The translations under genes and the position numbers were made by a program. Below, piece by piece: positions 12,562 to 25,090 of a stretch of 64,000 nt of DNA. Below the pieces are notes generated by a model. The model was not told where the DNA came from. It searched no databases and saw only the letters and a list, made by a program, of their open reading frames with translations. This DNA is from Octopus bimaculoides (Eukaryota), in contig NC_068998.1 of NCBI RefSeq assembly GCF_001194135.2, positions 33,599,128 to 33,663,127 of the forward strand, in the 5' to 3' direction. Within the stretch, counting starts at the first letter, position 1; the number at the start of each line of letters is the position of its first letter.

Positions 12562-14984
12562 TCATAAGTTTGCCTAAGCAGAGCTAACAACAACGACAGC
12601 AACAACATGCATACACAGTAAAATAGCTACCATATTTATAAATACATAATAATTAGCATTGTTTACCTTAAAAATATTAGATTTGCATATACTTTATTCA
12701 TATTTTATGGTTTCTCATCAAAAGCATTGATCAAGATTTGATATATGTTGATGCATGTCAGATATTAGTACACGCAACTATTCTCTGTGAGTACTAAAGT
12801 GATGAGAAATTGTCTGTGAAGCAGGCAAGATACTGAGGAGATTAATAGCGTAGTTAAAATCATAGTGACATTTATAAGTAAATTAAAAAGGAAGGAAATG
12901 CCAACACAGTGTGGCATTATTGATAATGTACTCATCTAGTAAGTGTTAGATACATTGCTTGTGTCCCATCAGGAGTTTGTTATAATTTTTTTTTTACCTC
13001 AGATTCATGTTTATAGAATTCTTTGTTAATATCATTTACATTCAAAATCTCAGCTGGTAATTTATAATGTATATTTATTGTTCACTTTTCGACCACATAG
13101 TTTTAGGTTCTGTTCAGCTGTGTGAAAATCCATTGTTTTAGGTACAGTTTTTTTTATCTAAGAATGAATTATGTAATATGTCCCACCTTTTCTAACATTG
13201 GTAAAATGTGATTTGAGGAAGGTTTGGAAACCATTTTTTGTATGGCAAACAATCACATAAAGGCTTCTTCACTAGACTACTATAAATATATATTTATTGT
13301 TTGTGTAGATTAGACATAAAAGCAATTTGATACTACTGTTGTATTGTACACTGAAGAGTTTTCTATGTCAGACTTGCTGACCAAGAGTTATGAAGAGAAA
13401 GTTCTAGAAAGTGCGTTAAAATATTGTACTGAGAAATTCTTCTTGTTGTAGCTAAGATGCCATGAATTAAAATACAATAAAATCTGTATCTTAATTCACT
13501 TTTCTCACGCAAAAAAGTTTGTATCTCTCTGATGTGATGATAACAAAATAGAATATTTTTCTGATGAATTATGTCTTATATATATATTTATTTTTCTCTT
13601 CTTTTGAATGCTTAATATTCCTTTTGAATATATTTTTTCTTGAATAATTAGTATTGGAAATGAATTCTGAAAATAAATAGTCTAGTATTGTAAGAATCAA
13701 AGTGAATTCTTTCTTGAGTGAAAGAACACAAGTTTCAATAAAGGCTAGTGATATCATTGCTGCCAAAATAGGCGAAGATTGAAAGTTTTTCTCCATTTAA
13801 TGAAGTGGGGTGATAGAAAAAATACTTTTCATCACAAATAGCAACTATATCAGAAAGATTGAAATGACACGTAAATATAATGTTGGCTTTTCTTAGCCAA
13901 AGACAAAATTGTTGCTTATGATAATATACTGAGGCATCAAGAATAGCATAATAATTCTACAATTCTAAAAAGATCTTTTTGTGTTTCTTTTTTTAACCAC
14001 AAAACTTTCTCTTCTTTGATAAACTCTCAAAAGAATATTTGATAGTGAACACGGGTCAACTTTAACTGATATGCCACTTTGTTTGTAGGTTGCTTTATAG
14101 CCTTTCATTTGGATATATTCTAGAATAATCAAATATATTATCATGTACAAGACATAGAATAAAGCTTTTAGAAAAGAAATAGCTTAAATAGGTATAAATA
14201 GGCAATTAATTAATCTGCATCCCTTAGGTTATTAACAATCTATTAATTCTGTAGTAATTTGACAATCGATTAGCATTTTCATGTATTTAGCTACAGCTCA
14301 TTATCTTCTAACAATTCATTTTAAAATTGCTTACTAATGTAATGCTAATTGTTTCTTGAAATGAAAGAAGTTTCTAGTAGTGTAATTATCTATAGGAGTT
14401 CGTTTATAGTTGTAAATGTTATTATCAATGATAAGCTGTGTCAGACAAAATGCCTTGCAGTATTTGTTCCTGCTCTTTCTGTTCATTCTAAGTTCAAATA
14501 CTACTGGTGTCATCTTTGCATTTCATCCTTTCAGGGTTGATAAATTGGTACTTCATAGATTATAATGTGCTTTCCATTAACAAATTCAAGACATTTAACA
14601 CATGTAGCAGAACTGACAGTTTTCACAAAGTAATAGAACTGAGAGATTTAAGCTAATAACAATAATAACACATTATTACTTCACAAATGACACTAATTAA
14701 TCAATCTTGTAGTGTAATAATAAATAATAAATGAACAGAATAATATATTTACAATAAGAATTAACAGATTATCAAAATAATTCATTTAGCAATATTAGCA
14801 AACTATATGTCTTGACAGGTTGCCTGAAGGGACTAGTAACTTAGGTAGTTGCTCAGGTCGTCACATAATCGGGGGCACTAATCTTCAAAATAAAAGGGTA
14901 AAATAAAAATAGTAAATAAAGTAAATGACTTTGCTTTATATGTGATAAATTATAATATAACAGACACTTTATTCTTATGTCAAA

Positions 14985-15204
14985 CCCTTTAGCATTCAGA
15001 TTATTCTGTCAAATGTAATGCTTATTTAATCAAATTGTTTTCAATTAATCATGCATTACTTTGTAGCTTTGAAATTTTGATCATATGATTGTTTACTTTT
15101 AGAATGATATTATAGGGTAGGTTTGAAAAGCCAGATCTGGCCAATTCGAACATGAAGCAGGTACAATATTTGGACCTGATATGGCCAGTTTAAATGCTAA
15201 ATGG
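14985..15204. mobile_element. piggyBac-type MITE (~220 bp)
   Basis: Ends CCCTTTAGCATT ... AATGCTAAATGG followed by TTAA; the left TSD is degenerate. CCC/GGG ends with TTAA are piggyBac hallmarks. Confidence 0.7.
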
Positions 15205-15587
15205 TTAAAATTTTACTCTGTGAAAAAGGGTGTCAAAATTTAGCTTGCTTGAGGTGTCTAGGGTGTGATACAAGTGAGTTGAAATACAAAACATTTTCTG
15301 AAAAATAAGAAGTCAGAGAAAACTAAACAAATAGTGAACTGCTTATCAAATATAGAGTTCATCTGCTGATACTAAAATAGTTTGTCCAATTATTCTCAGC
15401 TATTTTTTAGTTAACTTTCTCAAGTATACACTTTTTGGCCTACATTTTTGGCCAAGCTACGTGGCATATTTTGGTTTTATTTTCCCCAAGATTTAGGATA
15501 ATCAAACAGATCCATCTTTGAACTTAAATTTTCATCAGTTGTGTGATACTGATGTATAAGATTATTATCTATATATTGGTTTCAAAG

Positions 15588-15748
15588 TTTGGCACAAGGC
15601 CAGCAGTTTTCAGGTATTTATTTTATCAATCCCAAAAGGATGAAGGGTAAAGTCAATCTAGGCAGAATTTGAACTCAGGATGTAAAGATGAATGAAATGC
15701 TGCCAAGCATTTTGCCTGGTGTGCTAACAAGTCTGCCAGCTTGCTGTC
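15588..15748 (-). mobile_element. Meta-domain-like SINE copy
   Basis: AAGGATGAAGGGTAAAGTCAATCTAGGCAGAATTTGAACTCAG is the reverse complement of the family core plus box B. Confidence 0.7.
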
Positions 15749-16206
15749 TTATCATAATATGTATGTTAATACAGTAATACATTCCTACCTACCTTCCACG
15801 TAACTCAAATGAAATAAGAAGTAAACAGTAGATAGTTATGTTAGGTGTAGTGGTGGATCTGTTGGCCATGACTGTAGGTTGAAAGTGATGAATGGAGAAA
15901 AATAGAGAAAGATAGAGAGGGAAACAAAGACAGACAGACAAGCAGGAAGATGGGGTTGGAGAGACAAAAGAGAGAGATAGAAATAGTGGAATCAATGAAT
16001 ACATAGAAAGAGAAAACAGGAGAAATAAAGATAGCGAAAATAAGACAGAGAATTCTAAGAGAGACTGAATTAAAGTAAGCCTCTAAGAGAAACAGAATGA
16101 AAGTAATATGGAGAGTTAAATATGAAAAGGTGTGGGAGGAAAGGAAAAATGTAAGGATGTAGTATCAGTTGGAATATGACTGTCTTTGGTTTTCCTCTCA
16201 TTCATT

Positions 16207-16302
16207 CTCTCTCTCCCTCCCTCTCGTTCCCTCTCTCCCTCCCTCTCGTTCTCTCTCTCCCTCCCTCTCGTTCTCTCTCTCCCTCCCTCTCGTTCTCTCT
16301 CT
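16207..16302. repeat. 22-bp pyrimidine minisatellite (CTCTCTCTCCCTCCCTCTCGTT) x ~4
   Basis: Direct reading. Confidence 0.9.
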
Positions 16303-16577
16303 GCATCTGTTTGGAGTGTTTAGAAGTGTAACAGCATATTAGACAACTGTTTCTAATTGGAGGGAGTAAGTCAAGGCCATTGAACCCAGGGAAGTCATAT
16401 TTTGCTACAAAAATGCAAACAATACTACAATATTATGTGTGTGTGTGTGTAATATATAAAAAGTTTAAGTGAGGGTCAGTGTATGAACTAAAGATGCAGC
16501 CATGGCATGCATATTTATAAATATTACATGGTAATAGTTGCAATTATAATAATGTAATTATATATTTTAAATTAAGT

Positions 16578-16631
<54 letters not shown>

Positions 16632-18894
16632 CACACATATATATTGTTATTGATTTAATCTTTTAATCATTACTACATACGAGGCACATTGGGCACTAAA
16701 TTCATGGATTTGCTTGAATATTGACCTCAATAATTATTTTTAAGTGGCATAAACATAAACACATATTCACACACACACAAACAAATTTTACACACACATA
16801 TAGCTATAAATACGCACACACCTGTAAATATACACACACCTATAAATATACACACATGATAGTTTTCCATACTGTTTCTGTCCACCAAATTTCATTTAAA
16901 GCACTATTTGAAGTTATAGTAGAAAACACTTGTCCAAAATAGTTTACAATAAGCTTCATCCTAGGATCACATAATTATGAAGCAAATGTTTTTACCATAC
17001 AGTCACACCTGGACCTATTCCTGATATGTTTTAAAATTCACAATTCAGTGTAGCATCTATTATATTTTCTTCACTGGGATTGTGGATTCTAGTCAAGCCT
17101 TATGAACTTTTCTCATATGAATATAAAAATGAAATACAAAGTATTAGGATTTGTTAAAGCTTTAGTAACATAGTTATGCAGTAGCAGAATTATAATATAG
17201 TTTGACTATGTCTTTTATGTCATTCCACACTTAAGATTATTTACTGCTTGACATAGAGTGAAAAATAAGGTAGAGCTAGTGATAAGAACTATAGCTATCA
17301 GAGATATTGTCTCCTAAGACGGCACATACAATACTACTTATACAGAATTTTACATTATCAAAGGAATCAAATATTTCAGGCAAGATATAATTTCAAAAGA
17401 AACCATATATTTCATGCTTCTCTATAAACTTCTGGCCAACTTAGATTTTTCAAATAAACATGGAATATCCATAGGTATTGTTAGTACTAGTTAAGCAGTG
17501 AAAAATATATCATGTCCTTTTGTTAGTGTTTTAGCTATTGTTATTCTATTTTTAACTGTGAAGGTATGTTGTTCTAAAGAGCAGCACTGAAAATATGTTT
17601 TACATTTTAAAGATTTTTTGAGTTTTCTTTCCGTAAAATAGGAAGATAGTTGCAACAGATTTACTAGCTGCATATCAACTATCATACTGGTTCATGCTCT
17701 TTTGTTGAATCTCATAACTATAGAAGTTATGAATGGAAGAAATTGTTGGCACTGTGTCAACTATATCACTGCTCATCATATCATAACTAAAAGTTTCTTG
17801 CACAGTATGTTTCCTTCATTAGAAGAAATGGCTAATAAAGATTATTTCTAATACAGCAGTTCAAACTTGCTTCCATATCTAAGCTGTAGGCATAATGCTA
17901 TTGTTTATAACATTATAGGTTTGATGCCATTCTATGAAGGAACTTTAGTAGCCTACTAGACATCACTTCATCAACAATAGCAGCTTCACTACTCTGCCTG
18001 TCTTAAATCTTGTTTGATATTCTTCAAGAAAGTTTTATGCATATGTAAATACAAATTTGTCAGAGGATGTGCAGAGTTTATAAACTTCTGTGGTTATGAA
18101 TATTTTAAAGGAGAAAATTTATCAATCAATATTTGCATATTTATACCAAAACTTGCCTTTATTTTTTCCTTCTGTATTTTATACTTCAAATATGGCTGAA
18201 TGTTGAATATTAGTTATTAGCTGTAGAGTAGTCATTGTCAACTTTATAAAAGTGCTTAACTTAGAAGCAGAGCATGAAGTATTGCAAAAAGAAAGAAGAA
18301 AGAAAAAATAAAAGGGATGGTTCTTTTGATGAATTGAAATTAACATCATTCACTGGGCAAAATATTGAAGTATAATTGCTGTATATTAAATCTCTCTTAT
18401 TGAATATGTGAAGTCCATAGAGAAAAGAAAATCTACTGAGGGTACCAAACAGAAAACTGAAGTATCAACAGTAATGAATATATTTTGAATTTAATGGTTG
18501 CAGATGAGGTTAGTCACAGAAGTTATTAGTCTCCATCTGCTATTTAACTGGTGGCTTGTTAGCGGTTAATGTCATTTAATTGCTTCTTAATGTGTGGTTG
18601 ATGTTGTTCAACTGCTGATTATCAGGTGGATTATATTGTTATGTAACTACTGCTTAAGAACTGATTAAAGATAGAAAATACCTAGTTAGGTGGTGATTAA
18701 AAGAATGAAACTGGTAATTAAACAATATTTAAATAGCAATTAATCATTTTGATTCACAACTATATATTATTGAAGTCTCAAACCTAAATAGAGATATGAC
18801 AACACTGAACAACATATTTAATTCTTAAGGATGACTGTTACTTAAAGACAGTTACATTTTCATTATAATATATACATATATATATGTTCTTTTT

Positions 18895-19278
18895 CTTCTT
18901 TCATTCTTTTATTTATTTCAGTCATTTGATTGTAGCCTTGCTGGAGCACCTCTGTCAGTCAAACAAATCGACCCCAGCACTTATTCTTTGTAAGCCTAGT
19001 ACTTATTCTATCGTTTTTTTTTGCTGACCCACTAAGTTATGGGGATGTAAACACACCAACACCTGCTGTCAAGCAATGGTGGGGGACAAACACAGATACA
19101 CACATACATATATACGATGGGCTTCTTTCAGTTTCCGTCTATCAAATGCACTCAGAAGGATTTGGTTGACCCAAGGCTATAGTAGAAGGCACTTGCCCAA
19201 GGTGCCACACAGTGGGACTGAACCCAGAACCATGTGGTTGGGAAACAAGCTTCTTACCACACAGCCACTCCTGCACCT
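18895..19278 (-). mobile_element. CORE-type SINE, near full length
   Basis: Reverse complement of the 1333-1725 element (TTGCCCAAGGTGCCACACAGTGGGACTGAACCC ... CAGCCACTCCTGCACC). Confidence 0.85.
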
Positions 19279-20231
19279 ATATATATATNNNNNNNNNNNN
19301 NNNNNNNNNNNNNNNNNNNNNNNNNNNNNNNNNNNNNNNNNNNNNNNNNNNNNNNNNNNNNNNNNNNNNNNNNNNNNNNNNNNNNNNNNNNNNNNNNNNN
19401 NNNNNNNNNNNNNNNNNNNNNNNNNNNNNNNNNNNNNNNNNNNNNNNNNNNNNNNNNNNNNNNNNNNNNNNNNNNNNNNNNNNNNNNNNNNNNNNNNNNN
19501 NNNNNNNNNNNNNNNNNNNNNNNNNNNNNNNNNNNNNNNNNNNNNNNNNNNNNNNNNNNNNNNNNNNNNNNNNNNNNNNNNNNNNNNNNNNNNNNNNNNN
19601 NNNNNNNNNNNNNNNNNNNNNNNNNNNNNNNNNNNNNNNNNNNNNNNNNNNNNNNNNNNNNNNNNNNNNNNNNNNNNNNNNNNNNNNNNNNNNNNNNNNN
19701 NNNNNNNNNNNNNNNNNNNNNNNNNNNNNNNNNNNNNNNNNNNNNNNNNNNNNNNNNNNNNNNNNNNNNNNNNNNNNNNNNNNNNNNNNNNNNNNNNNNN
19801 NNNNNNNNNNNNNNNNNNNNNNNNNNNNNNNNNNNNNNNNNNNNNNNNNNNNNNNNNNNATATATATATATATGTATATATATATATATGTATAGTCGCA
19901 TCTTGTCCCAACATTCAAAACGCAGAGTAGATAAAACAGGGGACAACTGATGAAAGGATTGTACTTTATGTTGCCTGTCTCATTTCTCCATTTGTTTCTT
20001 TCATTGTTTGAAAAAAGTTCGTTTTCCATGTGTTTGTTTTTATGTTCTTGTTTCTCTTTTTGTTCATGCTTTTTTGACGTCCTGTAACCATATATGCATG
20101 TACCTTTTCTCTCAAGGTACTTACACTCTGTTGAGTATGCACACTGACATTACACATCCATCAGAGCATACTGGCTTCATTTCCTACAAGCTTACGCATC
20201 TCCTCAGCAGTCACGGCCCATGTTTCATATG

Positions 20232-20263
<32 letters not shown>

Positions 20264-20472
20264 AGATATGAAGAATTTTCGTCAGGATAACTCAAACTAA
20301 TAGGTATGCATTTGAGTGTGCTCAAATAGTTGCACCACCAAAATTCCAGTTAGAAGAGCAGTTGAAATTGTGGTTATGTGATTGCCTTGTACAAAATGGC
20401 TAGAAGTGGCTTCCCTTTGAGTCAGTAGGTATAGGTTAAAGTAGTAAGGAAAGGCAAACGATTAAGTAAGAT

Positions 20473-21276
20473 TTGACACTATCCCAACTACACCCTATGT
20501 CGGCATACCCTAAAAGCAAGAATACAACATCCCTCACAGCTGATAGTGATGCTCAACTCCCAACTAGAAACCATAAAGAGTGTAAAATACAGCATATTCT
20601 GACACCTCTAACATATCTCTATAACACTCATGCAAAACACAACCCTACAAATAAAATCGAATCTCAAATACCAATTCAACTAGAAAAAATGATTCAGCAC
20701 CCCTCAGATTACCTATTAAAAGTGGTGAGAGAACAACACTTTGGTATACTCCCACTTCTCTTGAAATGTTATGGGCTTCCAACTTCCACTTCCCACTTCT
20801 CCCACTACCATAAATATCATTCTATCTTTATCAGATCTACTCTCATATTATCGTACTCCTCACTACCTAATACTGAATCCATCACAGACTCATCAACTAG
20901 ACATAAGCTTCATAGGTATTACCAAAATAACAATTCTAAAGAGAATAGTGAATATAAATATAATGAATATAATAATATTGATTATAATAGTAGGAGTAAT
21001 AATAACATTAATATTAACCCTAATAGCAGAAGTGACAACAATAGCCTTAATACTACCATTAATGAGAACAATATGGAAGACAGTCCTAATACTTTGGTTA
21101 ACAGCTGTCCTAATGATAGTAACAATTACTCTGATAATATGACTAGTTGTAACATTAATAATATCGATAATAAGAGAATGCTAATGCTAATAATAATAAT
21201 GATAACAACAATAATAATAATTTCTTTATTAACCAAAAGGGTTTACATTAAGAAAAACACTATGGACAGCACATGA
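20473..21276 (+). other. 267-aa orphan open frame, probably repeat-derived
   Basis: Longest gap-free ORF in the window, with an Asn-rich low-complexity second half and no recognised domain. Part of it recurs inverted at 21483-21522. Confidence 0.3.
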
Positions 21277-21540
21277 CAAAACAAAGAATGTGTGTGTGTA
21301 TGTGTGTGAGTGTGTGTTGTTGTAAGGGATTTTGTGTGTAATCAAGACTAACAAAATAAAAAAAAGAGAGAAAGAAAGAAAAAATCAACAACGTGTAATC
21401 TTCAATAGGGAGGAGATATTCAGGGGGCTGCTCATGGAAAAGCCCCATAAAAGCCTTGGGTACCCTAACTTTTGGGGCATTGCTCTTATTATTGATATTA
21501 TTTATGTTACCACTAGTCATATATTTATATATATATATAT

Positions 21541-23106
21541 AAAAGTCCTAATAAGTAGGAAGGTAGACAACACACAAAACCTTTCAAGTCGATGGCCCTG
21601 CTCGATCTGTAGCAAAGGCGTAGGTAGAAACTCTATAAGATGTACCCAGTGCAAGCTATGGACACATAAGAGGTGCAGCAATATCAAAGGAAGGTTAACT
21701 AGGAAGTTAGTTTTTGTATGTAGCAGATGTTCAGGAGCTGTAAACACTGTAAATGTACAGAAAACAACTTCTGCCACATTCTAAGGAGAAAAACTAGACG
21801 TAGTTGATAGCTTCCGCTATCTAGGTGACCAAGTTAGTAGTGGGGGAGGGTGCGCTAAAAGTGTAGCTGCTAGAATAAGAATAGCCTGGGCAAAGTTCAG
21901 AGAGTTCTTAACTCTGCTGGTGACAAAGGGCCTCTCGCTCAGAGTAAAAGTCAGACTGTATGACACATGTGTACGAACAGCCATGCTACATGGCAGTGAA
22001 ACATGGGCTGTGGCTGCTGAGGACATGCGTAGGCTTGCAAGGAATGAAGCCAGTATGCTCTGATGGATGTGTAATGTCAGTGTGCATACTAGATAGAGTA
22101 TTAGTACCTTGAGAAAAAAGTCGAACTTACGAAGCATCAGTTGTGGTGTGCAAGAGAGACGAGAATGGTCATGTAGCGAGAATGGATGAGGATAGCTGTG
22201 TGAAAAAGTTCAACACCCTAGCAGTTGAGGAAACCTGTGGAAGAGGTAGACCCAGGAAGACCNNNNNNNNNNATTGGGGCAAGCAAAATCAAAATCGTGA
22301 TGGCACCTGTGCCCAGCGTCGCATTTCTGACACTTGTGCCCATGGCCTGTGTAAGGACTTTCGAGTGAGATCGTTGCCAGTGCCCCTAGACTGGCTCTTG
22401 TGCGGGTGGCACATAAAATAGACCATTTTGAGCGTGGCTGTTGCCAGTACCACCTGACTGGCCTTCGTGCCGATGGCACGTAAAAGCACCCACTACACTC
22501 TCTGAGTGGTTGGCGTTAGGAAGGGCATCCAGCTGTAGAAACTCTGCCAATTGGAAATTTGCTGTGTGTGAGAACACTCGGCAAGCCAAGTGAGACCTAA
22601 ATCTAAGGCCTTAGCCAGTCCACTTATGTGTACCTTCCTTCCTTCATTGGACACTAAACTCCACTTGCGAAGACCTGCTGAGGCAAGTGAAATCGAAATT
22701 GAGTTAAATTTGACGACTGGCACCCATGTCAACATCGTCTCCTTCATTGGACACAAAACTCAGCTTGCGAAGACTTATTGGGGCAAGCGAAAGCGAAATT
22801 GTGATGGCACCTGTGCCCAGCATCGCCTTTCTGGCACTTGTGCCCACGGCATGTGTAAGGACTTTCGAGCGAGATCGTTGCCAGTACCACCTAACTGGCC
22901 TTCATGCCGGTGGCATGTAAAAGCACCCACTACACTCTCTGAGTGGTTGGTGTTAGGAAGGGCATCCAGCTGTAAAAATTCTGCCAAATCAGATTGGAGC
23001 CTGGTGTAGCCATCTGGTTTCACCAGTCCTCAGTCAAATCATCCAACCCATGCTAGCATGGAAAGCGGACGTTAAATGACGATGATGATGATGATGATGA
23101 TGATGA
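21541..23106 (+). mobile_element. 5'-truncated RTE-clade (RTE-X-like) LINE with PHD-like finger in RT, long 3' UTR and (GAT)n tail
   Basis: WPCSICSKGVGRNSIRCTQCKLWTHKRC...FVCSRC, then VVDSFRYLGD and LHGSETW motifs, ending ...GGACGTTAAATGACGATGATGATG. A 10-N gap at 22263 means the 3' part may come from another copy. Confidence 0.85.
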
Positions 23107-23154
23107 TATTAATATATTAATATTAATATATATATAAACTTTATATATTAATAG

Positions 23155-23462
23155 TAATGGTAAGGCAACAAAAGAATGAAAGAGACCTCGATATTGTAAA
23201 TAAAAGAATTTCAGATGTCGGGGCAGAAACCTACACCGGCATTTCTTCAGTTATCAAGGCAATTAGAATATGCTATGAAAATGACCGTAAAACAAAGATT
23301 AATTACTATGTAAATGACCGTTATTAAGACAAAAGAGCTATTAGAATGACTATTAACCAAGGGAAAAAACAGAAGTGGAGGAAGTAAAAAGTAAAAGGTA
23401 AAGGAGTAAGAAAGCTCATAGCAATCGCATGTATGCGCATGTACATACATATACATGTGCGC

Positions 23463-23506
<44 letters not shown>

Positions 23507-24900
23507 ACAAATAAGAAAATGGAGAGGGTAATCAATCGACAAACATCATCCTGTAAACATTCATTTGAATCTATTTATTAATTAATTACAATGATATGGA
23601 TAAGTAACCAAAATAAACATGTAAAATAAACAAATAAGCAAGTAAATAAATAGATAAATAAAAATAAATAAATGAAAAGAATAAATGAGTAAAAAAATAC
23701 TAAACTCTTACAGCTGTTTCTACTATGGGGTTGTCCAATTCACCGAGTTTTCCACATCATACCAGTAATATACAGGGATTGTACAAAGGTTGAACACACA
23801 TTGGACAGGGGTTGGACACTGATTGCACCCCAAAGCTTCATCAGAGGGACCATAGTGTTAGGGATCTAACATGTGAGGGAGTAAGGTAAAATTATAAAGT
23901 AAAATAACATAATAGAAATAGTAAGGAATAATAAAAATGTCAAGTCCAAGGTGATATCCATAAGCTATGGGATTAAAACTTATGGTGAAGAAAGTCACTT
24001 CCATGAGTATTATCCATAGGTTATGAGAGGTTATGAGAGTTACATCTTATTTCAATTTTACTGGGAGAAATAGCGAGGATAAGACGTTGTGGAGTGAGTT
24101 TAATGGGATGGTCCATATCACAGGAATCAAAAGTTAGAGGCTAACTGCTATGTAATAGAGCTTCATAAAAATAATTAACAAAGTTAACTTAATGTAAACT
24201 TGTTTGGGGAAATCAATACATAAGCATATCAATGAAGGAATAATTTGGGTAAAACCTTAGTCTGATGTTATTACTTGTTACTTATTAACAAAAACCTCAT
24301 CCTAATACGCCTATGAAGAGTAGGGTGAGGTCAAAGTTAATCCTGTAACTTAACTGGTCCACTAATATTTGAAAAAAATAGCGTTGTTCAGGTCTGTTAA
24401 ATGTATCAATAAAATACAAGACAAATAAAAACAAAAAATAAAAATATTCAAGGAATGAATTGTCTAATGAATGGGTGATAAATAGTACTTACAGTTATGC
24501 ATATAGTATTTTTTATGAATATACCTGAGATATATATCAAGTTTATCATATTTATTATATTCAAAGTTATCATATTCAGACAATTACTTTCAAACTTGGC
24601 AAATTGAACAACACCATAGTAGAAACAGTTGTAAGAGTTTAGTATTTTTTCACTCATTTATTCTTATTCATTTATTTATTTTCATTTATCTATTTATTTA
24701 CTTGTTTATTTGTTTATTTTATATGTTTATTTTGATTACATGTACATATGATTGTAATCAACTAATAAATAGATCCAAATGAATATTTACAAGTTGATGT
24801 TTGTTGATTGATTATCCTCTCCATTTTCTTATTTCCTTTATTAATTTTGGGTAAATTACTGTTTTACCCCCACTCGTACCTATTATTCAATTGCGATACC
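23155..24900 (-). mobile_element. Decayed Penelope-like element cluster with inverted terminal segments
   Basis: 242-bp inverted repeat (23509-23750 and 24592-24834) plus two hammerhead-like motifs (23195-23258, 23702-23850); no intact ORF. Confidence 0.5.
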
Positions 24901-25012
24901 GCCATGCAATAAAAAGCACTTGGATAAAAATATTTAGGTATACATCCAGTAGTATATTGGTTATATATTATCTCTTAGATGCATGCTTAAACTCATATAG
25001 ACATATATATTT

Positions 25013-25048
<36 letters not shown>

Positions 25049-25090
25049 TTATATATATGTATATATATATTAATATGTATATATTTAAAT

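Noticed and set aside
12252-12608. Poly-Lys/Phe/Leu ORFs
   Set aside because: (AAG)n microsatellite.
14800-14900. GC-richer island with a minus-strand acceptor-like sequence
   Set aside because: All frames close within about 15 codons and there is no donor; cannot be supported as an exon.
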